NCBI GenBank assembly: GCA_000991245.1
Contig: LBRD01000001.1
Location: 69,467-133,466, forward strand
Direction: 5' to 3'
DNA from: Parcubacteria group bacterium GW2011_GWC1_36_108
GTDB lineage: Bacteria > Patescibacteriota > Minisyncoccia > Moranbacterales > GWC2-37-73
DNA length: 64,000 nucleotides
Part shown: one piece after another, positions 56,754 through 64,000 of the stretch
How the letters are laid out: each line of letters opens with the position of its first letter
Position numbering within the stretch: the stretch's first letter is position 1
Program-made: the position numbers and the translations under genes
The notes under the pieces: model-generated
The model's input: the letters and a program-made list of their open reading frames with translations, nothing else
Databases searched by the model: none
What the model was told of the DNA's origin: nothing

Positions 56754-57077
56754 ACATTTAGTTTAGCAATAAATAAATTGTACGTCCAACGACGATCGCC
56801 GACTTGGCCGTCAAGGTCGCTCAGCTTCACTCTCCTGACTGCCGTCGGAACGATTTAAAATACTGCCTGTAAGCAAAAAATGGAATTTTTTGCATGTCTA
56901 AAAACTGCAGGAATTAGAAATTTGTGATTTAACAAAATAAAAAAGGTGGACAGCAATATAATCTCCAAAGTCGTTTTCTTTTCATTTTCATTAAGAGAAT
57001 CGTTTCTTTTTGAATTATATATTTGTCCACCCTCTAGCCCCTTTCATAAAAACAGTCGATTCATTACAAGTTTGCTA

Positions 57078-57620
57078 TCAGTACATTTCCTCGGACTTCA
57101 ACGCCGGTGACAATCCGCAATGGGAAGGAATTCCATTGCTACCCTTCCAGTTTTCGGAAGACTTTCCTTCTCGGATGCTCTTGTAGCAATCAACAGCGCT
57201 TTGAAGATTTGTGCTTCTGACACGAACCTTGATGAGAGAGCGAAACGCATAGGCACAGCCATACTGACTTGCCGTTGGTATATCAAACTTCTCATCGGTG
57301 TACGTTACGGAATATGTAGCCCTACCCATGCTGTCGGTACCCTGTTTGATGTGCTGGTTTTCTTCCTTGAGCAGGGTGTCGAATATCGTCACGTTCACGA
57401 TCTTAAGACCTTTGAAAATCCTGTGGATCTCAAGATCAATAACATCGTTAGCCTTGACATAGGCAAGGTCGGGTTCCTTATCCTCCCGTATTACTGTCGT
57501 GTTTCCGAGGTTTGTGTAATTATAGCCAGATTCCTTTTTACCCTCTTCCTTTTTGAGGACGCCTGCTTTTTCCAGTCTTCGCAGAACTGCCTGCTTGTTA
57601 AAATAAATTCTCGCTTCCAT
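57078..57620 (-). CDS. Hypothetical protein
   Basis: SD AAAGGAGG before MEARIY; promoter TTGACA-17-TAACAT at 57741-57769. Confidence 0.65.
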   Translation of the reverse strand: MEARIYFNKQAVLRRLEKAGVLKKEEGKKESGYNYTNLGNTTVIREDKEPDLAYVKANDVIDLEIHRIFKGLKIVNVTIFDTLLKEENQHIKQGTDSMGRATYSVTYTDEKFDIPTASQYGCAYAFRSLIKVRVRSTNLQSAVDCYKSIREGKSSENWKGSNGIPSHCGLSPALKSEEMY

Positions 57621-57998
57621 TTCCTGCCTCCTTTGACTGAGTGATTGATTGAGTAATTGTCTTCTGGTTACTTTTTCTCGACTGTAAAAATTTAAAGGGC
57701 TAGTGCTGACTGTTTGATATTCATCAACAATCAACTTACTATGTTAGCATAAAATTCATCACCTGTCAAGCATACTAATGGCCTAGTAAAGCCATAATTT
57801 TCAAGGGTTAATCAATTTTAGGGTAAAATGTGGAAATTTCATCAGTATACCTTTCAAATATATAAGTTCGGACAGCACACCATGTCGACCACCTAAAAAA
57901 TCCCTATTTATAGGGATTTTATATATATAAAAAACCCCCGGAAAATTATATTTTCCGGGGCATATTCAATCTTAAGGCATTTTTAAGGCATTGCTTTT

Positions 57999-58820
57999 TT
58001 AAACACTAGCTTGAGCTCTCCTTACTTCCTTTTTAAGAGAACGCAATCCACATGCATTTATAGGAATTCCAATGTCAGACAAAATGAATTTTTTCCTAGA
58101 AAATTTCTCATCCTTACTTAATCTGCCGATACCAAAATCTTCCTCCAATAACCCACAATAAACCGCTCCTTTATGGGTTATTTGAACAAAGGTTTTTTGT
58201 CCAATTTTTTTTTGCATTATAAGTCCCGATTTCAGCATTTTTTCAACAAGCCTGAAAGCACTTCTTTTATTTGGTTCAGTATTACCTTCTAATTCACCTT
58301 CTTCATTATCCCTGTATTTATTAAAATCATACCACTGAGCCCGCATAAGATCATGTGTCCAATTCTGAAATAAATCAAACGAAAAAAAGGCATCGATTTT
58401 CATGAATACGACCTTGAGCACAACCACTATCATTTCATTGAAAATAACTTTAGCAGCCAGTGCCTTTGCTTGTTTTTTTTGTTCCTTGCGTGACTTTAAT
58501 GTTTCCAGCGATTGATTTTCTATCCGCTTTTGATTAATAACTTCACGTCTATGTATGCGCAAGGTTTGCATTCTTGACTGCACCACAACTAATCTTCCGT
58601 TAGATACCCTGCAAAATTTCCGATGCAAAAGATATTTCATTATATTAGCACATTCCTCTTTGGGTAGCTTTTTCCTTTTGATAAATTCTCTCAAAACAGA
58701 ACAAGTATCCATACAGCAAGCCGTACTACGACCTTTAAAAATGGTCTCTAAAACCTTATGCAAAAAATACAACTTGTAGGGTTTCTTTCGCCTAAGTGTA
58801 TTAGTCTGTTTTTTAGACAT
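57999..58820 (-). CDS. Basic hypothetical protein, possible winged-helix
   Basis: SD AAGGAGG; LVEKMLKSGLI...VQITHKG resembles a wHTH wing. Confidence 0.65.
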   Translation of the reverse strand: MSKKQTNTLRRKKPYKLYFLHKVLETIFKGRSTACCMDTCSVLREFIKRKKLPKEECANIMKYLLHRKFCRVSNGRLVVVQSRMQTLRIHRREVINQKRIENQSLETLKSRKEQKKQAKALAAKVIFNEMIVVVLKVVFMKIDAFFSFDLFQNWTHDLMRAQWYDFNKYRDNEEGELEGNTEPNKRSAFRLVEKMLKSGLIMQKKIGQKTFVQITHKGAVYCGLLEEDFGIGRLSKDEKFSRKKFILSDIGIPINACGLRSLKKEVRRAQASV

Positions 58821-59037
58821 GGTGTCCTCCTTCTTTTGTTAAGATAACCACTTAAAATCATTCTCGCATTATTTCAATCAATGTCAATACATCTCACTTA
58901 TACACTGTTTTATTTTTATTAAAAAGGAGTATACTAAAATTATCCAGAATATGCGAAGTTCTTTATTAAATTTAAAGGAGGTGATATCAAAAAACTTCAC
59001 TTCGCATATTCCAAATTCCTTTTTAAGGAGTAACTTT

Positions 59038-59199
59038 ATGTCAAATAGCACGCCCACCAGATGGGCAGCAAAAAGTTTCATACCCCACCCCACAAAAAGT
59101 CAAGAAAAATTTATTTGCACTATTTGTGGAGACAGCACCAAGGTTGACGTAGGAACTGAGCCAGGTGAAAGTACTCAGTGCAAATGCAACTCACAATAA
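59038..59199 (+). CDS. Small zinc-ribbon-like protein
   Basis: SD AAGGAG; CTICG...CKC; followed by terminator-like hairpin at 59225-59253. Confidence 0.5.
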   Translation: MSNSTPTRWAAKSFIPHPTKSQEKFICTICGDSTKVDVGTEPGESTQCKCNSQ

Positions 59200-59271
59200 A
59201 AAACTTTCAGCCACTAAACAAACAAGAGCCCGACGGAAAAATCCGCCGGGCTCTGATAATATATTTTTCGT

Positions 59272-60195
59272 TTATTGCTTTTTCAAAAATTCTTGAACAC
59301 TATGTGCAGCGACTGCGCCTTCGGCGGCGGCAGTGATGATCTGTTTAAATTTATCTGAGCCGGTCGTGATGTCCCCTGCAGCCCAAATACCTTTTTTACT
59401 AGTCCTGCCAGAAGTGTCAATTTTTACATATCCTTGCTCATCCAATTCAATTTCCAAATTTTTTATCAAATCAACATTTGGATCAGAGCCAATTTCAGCA
59501 AACACACCATCAACTTTCAATGTTTCACTATTTTTATATGGACTGTCCAAAATTAACTCCTCAACTTTTTGTTCACCTTTAATTTCTTTGATGTTTGTCA
59601 TAAAAACACTTTCTATTTTTGGATTTTTGGAAATAGCCTCTCCCCAAAAAGTTTCGCATCTAAGTTTTTCTCCACGATAAATCAAATATACTTTCTCGGC
59701 GATGTCACCTAAATACACCGCAGCGCCTGCTGCGCTGTCATTTCCACCAACCACTGCCACAGTTTTTCCACGATAAAAAAATCCGTCGCATGTTGCACAA
59801 TACGAAACACCTTTGCCGGCAAATTCTTTTTCTCCAGGCACACCCAGGTGCCTGTGTTTTGTTCCCATTGCTAGCAAAATTGTTTTTGCTTGAATTTTTT
59901 TTCCATTGCTAAGAGATAAAACGTAATTATTGTCTTTTTCGTTGATCTCATCAATCAAGGTATTTATGATTTCAGCCTTATTGTAGCTTTTAGCATGAGC
60001 CTCAGCTTTTTGTGCAAAATCAAAACCACTGATCTTTTCAGTGCCAAGCCAATTACCAATCTCGTGAGTTTGTGTTGTGAGTCCCCCTGAAATTCCACCA
60101 ATAACCACATTGGAAATTCCATAACGTGAAGCATACACCGAAGCCGAAAGCCCCGCGGGTCCAGCACCTATAATAGCTAAGTCAAAAACTTCCAT
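59272..60195 (-). CDS. trxB: Thioredoxin reductase
   Basis: GAGPAGL, GVSYCATCDG, VVGGNDSA, AAGD. Confidence 0.93.
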   Translation of the reverse strand: MEVFDLAIIGAGPAGLSASVYASRYGISNVVIGGISGGLTTQTHEIGNWLGTEKISGFDFAQKAEAHAKSYNKAEIINTLIDEINEKDNNYVLSLSNGKKIQAKTILLAMGTKHRHLGVPGEKEFAGKGVSYCATCDGFFYRGKTVAVVGGNDSAAGAAVYLGDIAEKVYLIYRGEKLRCETFWGEAISKNPKIESVFMTNIKEIKGEQKVEELILDSPYKNSETLKVDGVFAEIGSDPNVDLIKNLEIELDEQGYVKIDTSGRTSKKGIWAAGDITTGSDKFKQIITAAAEGAVAAHSVQEFLKKQ

Positions 60196-60376
60196 ACAAA
60201 TAAAATATTATTTTGAAATTATATTTTTTCCCATTTAATTCAATTTTAAATCCCAATATCAAAATCTAAATTTCAAATAAATGCCTAAATGACGAAATGT
60301 CAAAAAAATGCATTGATTTTTTAGAATTTAAGATTTTAGGTTTTATTTGACATTTGTCATTTAGATTTTGGATTTT

Positions 60377-60706
60377 CTACAAAAGTATTTCTATTTCTTC
60401 TCTCAACTTCTCCTTAGCATTAAAACCAATTATTTCTCTAATAACTTTTCCGTCTTTAAAAACTTTCATATTGGGAATGCTTTGAATTTGATATTCCATT
60501 GCTAATGCTTGATGAGCTGGATTTTCCACATCAAGCTTTGTAATTTTTACTTTTCCATCAAGTTCAGCTACAAGTTCATCCAAAATTGGAGCCATCATAC
60601 GACATGGTCCACACCAAGGTGCCCAAAAATCAACCAACACAATTTCTTTTGATTCAAGCACTTCCTCCTTGAATGTTTTGTCTGTAAGCTCTATTACTTT
60701 GTTCAT
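60377..60706 (-). CDS. trxA: Thioredoxin
   Basis: DFWAPWCGPC, SIPN. Confidence 0.95.
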   Translation of the reverse strand: MNKVIELTDKTFKEEVLESKEIVLVDFWAPWCGPCRMMAPILDELVAELDGKVKITKLDVENPAHQALAMEYQIQSIPNMKVFKDGKVIREIIGFNAKEKLREEIEILL

Positions 60707-60803
60707 AACTTTTGTTCATGTAGCATATAGCATATTTATACTATAAACTTTTTCTATTATTAATTTAGTGTTACATGCTATATGTTGCATGTTATATGAA
60801 TTT

Positions 60804-61073
60804 TTATTGCATTTTAAATAATGATTTAAGATATTTTTCGTCTATTTTTTTCTTTCCATCAAATTTGCAAACGAAATCATTTTTTAGAAGCTCTATTCCT
60901 AGCATCGAAACCGCCTCACGAATAGCGGTAATTTGAGTAATCACATCCAAACATTGTTTTTTATCTTCCACCATTTTACGCACACCTCGCAGTTGTCCCT
61001 CGATACGAGAAATACGATTCACTATTTTTTCAGCTGATTCCTTCTCAGATGAAATTTTATCTTCCTTTTTCAT
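60804..61073 (-). CDS. CsoR/RcnR-family transcriptional repressor
   Basis: RISRIEGQLRGVRKM...CLDVITQITAIREA. Confidence 0.9.
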   Translation of the reverse strand: MKKEDKISSEKESAEKIVNRISRIEGQLRGVRKMVEDKKQCLDVITQITAIREAVSMLGIELLKNDFVCKFDGKKKIDEKYLKSLFKMQ

Positions 61074-61083
61074 TTGGAATTAA

Positions 61084-61120
61084 ACCCGCCTGCATCGCTA
61101 TGCGAAGCATTGCGGGCAGG
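61084..61120. repeat. GC-rich imperfect palindrome (REP-like)
   Basis: CCCGCCTGCATCGCTATGCGAAGCATTGCGGGCAGG in an AT-rich 5' UTR. Confidence 0.55.
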
Positions 61121-61154
61121 AATTAAAAATTAAAAATTCCGCCTCGTGCGGTAA

Positions 61155-61198
61155 ATACCCTCTAGGGGTATATTACAGTATAAGAAAAAATCTGTCAA
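61155..61198 (-). promoter_or_regulatory. Promoter with CsoR-type operator
   Basis: TTGACA-17-TAATAT overlapping the palindrome ATACCCCTAGAGGGTAT (minus strand; 61155-61171). Confidence 0.7.
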
Positions 61199-61273
61199 AT
61201 GTCCAATTATATTAATTGACATAACACTTTGTTACTGTTAATTTTAAGAAAAATCAAAGGAAGGAGTACTGCT

Positions 61274-61465
61274 ATGCAGAAATCGTATCAGGAACCTTAT
61301 CAGGTCTTTAACAATGGAACAGAAATACTACACATTATCGGCACAGTAGTACTTGTTCTTTTACTCTTTTACGTGCTTGCATTCCTTTATTGCGTCTTAA
61401 GGGGTTACTGCAATCTCCTCCCCCAAAAACCTAAGCACCACACGAAAGAACAAGAGGAAGAGTAG
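61274..61465 (+). CDS. Small single-TM protein
   Basis: SD AAGGAG before MQKSY; one TM. Confidence 0.5.
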   Translation: MQKSYQEPYQVFNNGTEILHIIGTVVLVLLLFYVLAFLYCVLRGYCNLLPQKPKHHTKEQEEE

Positions 61466-61544
61466 GTCAAAAAAATTGTAATAAAAGTCTCTTCAAATGA
61501 TCAATGTCCATAAAAACACATATTTTTCAAAAAGGAGATCAATT

Positions 61545-61709
61545 ATGTATTATCTAAAAATGCTTATTGACGACCATCCAGGAATTTGCGTTTTTATTTC
61601 TTTTTCTATTCTTGCATGGATTATTCTTTTTTCAATTTTTTGCAGACGTGATAAACAGCAAGATCAGCAGGACAGTCTTGCGATCGCACAGCAAGACGAC
61701 TTTGAATAA
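61545..61709 (+). CDS. Small single-TM protein
   Basis: SD AAGGAG before MYYLK; one TM. Confidence 0.5.
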   Translation: MYYLKMLIDDHPGICVFISFSILAWIILFSIFCRRDKQQDQQDSLAIAQQDDFE

Positions 61710-61755
61710 AAAAAATTTTCCAACAAAATAAAACGTGCATTATTCAGGGATAGGA

Positions 61756-62559
61756 CTATAATCTTATCCCTTTTTTATTTCCAATAAACAATATATTTTT
61801 TCCATCCACAATTGCGCATTTTTCTGTTTTAAAACCTGCTTGTTCAAAAAGTTTTCTTAATTCTCTTTTTGTGAAGGCCCGGTGGAATCTTTGGATCTTC
61901 TCACCCTCATTATTTGTAAAAGATATATAACAATCATTCCAATCCAAAATACTATTTCCCTTTAATTTATCAATCCAGTTTTGTAAAATATTTTTAAAGT
62001 ATTTCTGCTGCCATAAATACCAAACTGTCACCACAATATGCCCACCATCTTTTGTGGTTCGATAAAGTTCTGCTGCCACATCCTCGCGATATTTTTTTGA
62101 AGGAAAATGATGAAAAACAGCAATGCTATATATAGTATTGAAAAAATTATCATTGAATGCTAGAGTGGTTGAACTAGGATTAATTTTCTGAAAACATACC
62201 TCCGTGTCATTCCCGTGAAAACGGGAATCCAGAACTTTGCCAGACTGAAACGCGAACCTAGATTCCGGATCAAGTCCGGAATGACAAACAGACTGTTTTT
62301 GATATTTTTCTTTAGCAAGTTCAATAAGTTTTTCCGAAACATCCAAGCCCCAATAGCGAATATCCTCAAAATCAAGCAATTCCAAAAGGCGACCATTGCC
62401 ACAGCCATAATCCAAAACATTATCATTTTTGCGCGTATAATCTTTTATAAACTCCAGCCCACGCCAAAAATGCTTCCGAGTCTCGGAAAATTTCTTAGAA
62501 ATCAGATCATAGCCAACTTCAGTTTCATTTAATATTCTTTCTGCAATTTCTTTATCCAT
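61756..62559 (-). CDS. Class I SAM methyltransferase, Trm9/ALKBH8-like
   Basis: YDLISKKFSETRKHFW, VLDYGCGNGR, SIAVFHH, GGHIVVTVW, RFHRAF..EL. Confidence 0.8.
   Translation of the reverse strand: MDKEIAERILNETEVGYDLISKKFSETRKHFWRGLEFIKDYTRKNDNVLDYGCGNGRLLELLDFEDIRYWGLDVSEKLIELAKEKYQKQSVCHSGLDPESRFAFQSGKVLDSRFHGNDTEVCFQKINPSSTTLAFNDNFFNTIYSIAVFHHFPSKKYREDVAAELYRTTKDGGHIVVTVWYLWQQKYFKNILQNWIDKLKGNSILDWNDCYISFTNNEGEKIQRFHRAFTKRELRKLFEQAGFKTEKCAIVDGKNILFIGNKKGIRL
62205..62286. repeat. REP/dRS3-like inverted doublet inserted in frame in the methyltransferase
   Basis: TGTCATTCCCGTGAAAACGGGAATCCAG...CTAGATTCCGGATCAAGTCCGGAATGACA. Confidence 0.9.
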
Positions 62560-62590
62560 GACTTTATGAACTTTATAACTTTATAACTTT

Positions 62591-64000
62591 ATGAACTTAC
62601 TGTACGACAATTATATAATCTCCGCAATAAACGAACTTTCTGAAAATCAGGGAGATTTTGGCAAACTCAAAAAAAGTCTATGCAAAAAATTTGGCGTTGC
62701 TATGCCGACCAACGCTGATTTACGTGACAGATACAATAAATTAGTCCAGCAAAAGAAAATTAAACGCAGCGAAAAATTTGAGGAAGCTTTGATGAGTCGT
62801 TTGATTCGCACACAATCCGGTGTGGCTGTGGTGGCGGTTCTTACCAAATCATATCCCTGCCCCGGAAAATGTATTTATTGCCCCAGTGAAAAAGATATGC
62901 CCAAAAGCTATCTTTCCAATGAGCCGGCTGTGATGCGTGCGATTGATTCGCAATTTGATCCATATCGCCAAATGCAAAATCGTCTGCGTTCATTGGAGCT
63001 CAACGGCCACCGCACAGATAAAATTGAATTAATTGTGATGGGTGGAACATTCAGTTTTTTACCTAAAAATTACCAAAAAAAATTTATCACCAGATGTTTT
63101 CAAGGAGCTAATGAATATAAAAGTTATAAAGTTCATAAAGTTATAAAGTTCATAAAGTCGGTGAGGACTCCTAACGAAGAACTTTTATACCAACAAAAGA
63201 AAAATGAAAGTGCTAATCACAGGATTATTGGGCTTACTTTGGAAACGCGACCGGATTATATTGATGAAAAAGAAATTTTGAACTTTCGCCAACTTGGCTG
63301 CACCAGAGTTGAACTTGGTGTACAAAGTCTTTATGACAACGTGCTCGAATTAAACAAGCGTGGACACCTCATCCAAAGCACCATAGAAGCCACCAAAATG
63401 CTCAAGGATAGTGGTTTCAAGATAAATTATCATATGATGCCGGGGCTTCCGGGAAGCACCCCAAAGCGCGATTTTGAGATGTTTAAGGCCCTTTTTGAAG
63501 GTCCCAAATTTCAACCTGATATGCTCAAAATATACCCCACGGTCGTTTTAAAAAACAGCGAGCTGTATAACATCTGGAAGAAAAATAACTACGTCCCACT
63601 GACAAATCAAGCGTTTGAGAGGCTTGTGGTCAAGATAAAAAACGAAGCAATCACGCCCTATGTTCGCATTGCTCGCCTTATTCGCGATGTGCCCACCCCA
63701 TCCATTATAGCTGGCCCAACAGTTTCCAATCTTAGACAAATTATTATTCCACAATCCAATTGTCCTTGCATTCGTTGCCGTGAAGTTGGCGCAGGTTATA
63801 CCATCAAAGAAGAAATTATCCTGGATCGAATTGACTACGCCGCCTCAGATGGTACAGAAATTTTCCTGCAATACGTTTCGCCAGACAAGAAAAAGTTGTT
63901 TGCGCTCCTGCGCCTACGCATTCCATCAGAGAACAATGCTAAGCATTTTATTGGCACACTAAAAAATGCAGCCATTATTAGAGAAGTTCACACTTACGGA
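62591..64000 (+). CDS. elp3: Elp3-like radical SAM/GNAT tRNA U34 carboxymethyltransferase (runs off window)
   Basis: Manual translation (missing from the ORF track): RTQSGVAVVAVLTKSYPCPGKCIYCP..MPKSY, MGGTF, LETRPD, RVELGVQS, HMMPGLP, PDMLKIYP, RLIRDVP, CIRCREV, IREVHTYG. Confidence 0.9.
   Translation, partial: MNLLYDNYIISAINELSENQGDFGKLKKSLCKKFGVAMPTNADLRDRYNKLVQQKKIKRSEKFEEALMSRLIRTQSGVAVVAVLTKSYPCPGKCIYCPSEKDMPKSYLSNEPAVMRAIDSQFDPYRQMQNRLRSLELNGHRTDKIELIVMGGTFSFLPKNYQKKFITRCFQGANEYKSYKVHKVIKFIKSVRTPNEELLYQQKKNESANHRIIGLTLETRPDYIDEKEILNFRQLGCTRVELGVQSLYDNVLELNKRGHLIQSTIEATKMLKDSGFKINYHMMPGLPGSTPKRDFEMFKALFEGPKFQPDMLKIYPTVVLKNSELYNIWKKNNYVPLTNQAFERLVVKIKNEAITPYVRIARLIRDVPTPSIIAGPTVSNLRQIIIPQSNCPCIRCREVGAGYTIKEEIILDRIDYAASDGTEIFLQYVSPDKKKLFALLRLRIPSENNAKHFIGTLKNAAIIREVHTYG

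Noticed and set aside
57120-57644. 174-aa plus-strand ORF
   Set aside because: Antisense shadow of 57078-57620, which has the SD and promoter.
56151-59199. tRNA-anchored genomic island
   Set aside because: The orphans lie 5' of the tRNAs, with no integrase and no duplicated tRNA 3' end seen.
296-64000. Alternative genetic code (TGA readthrough)
   Set aside because: Conserved genes translate full length in code 11 and several ORFs end in TGA.

Overview
This looks like core chromosome from an AT-rich, small-genome bacterium. The gene set and repeat style point to Patescibacteria/CPR (Parcubacteria-like); this is an inference, with no database search run. Housekeeping content: envelope and division genes (WecA/MraY-like, GT2, two GT39/ArnT-like, two GT4, ftsQ-like, mreB, murA, murD); rnc-nusB-rpmF, rnhB, dnaE, holB, thrS, miaB-miaA and gatB; a thymidylate cluster; secE-nusG-rplK-rplA; tRNA-Ala and tRNA-Ile; and csoR-like-trxA-trxB. 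Orphan genes and a VirD4/TraD-like ATPase cluster are interspersed. No CRISPR array, rRNA gene, prophage or transposase is visible. Main signals: (1) a GxxExxY nuclease-fold gene fills the loop of a palindromic element that occurs empty at least four more times; (2) several palindromic or short-repeat families are inserted in frame in proteins, including all four tRNA-modification enzymes; (3) Elp3 sits head-to-head with a Trm9/ALKBH8-like methyltransferase, suggesting a eukaryote/archaea-style mcm5U pathway; (4) a T-box leader with an ultrashort Stem I precedes thrS; (5) a duplicated 132-nt structured element shows a compensatory base change.
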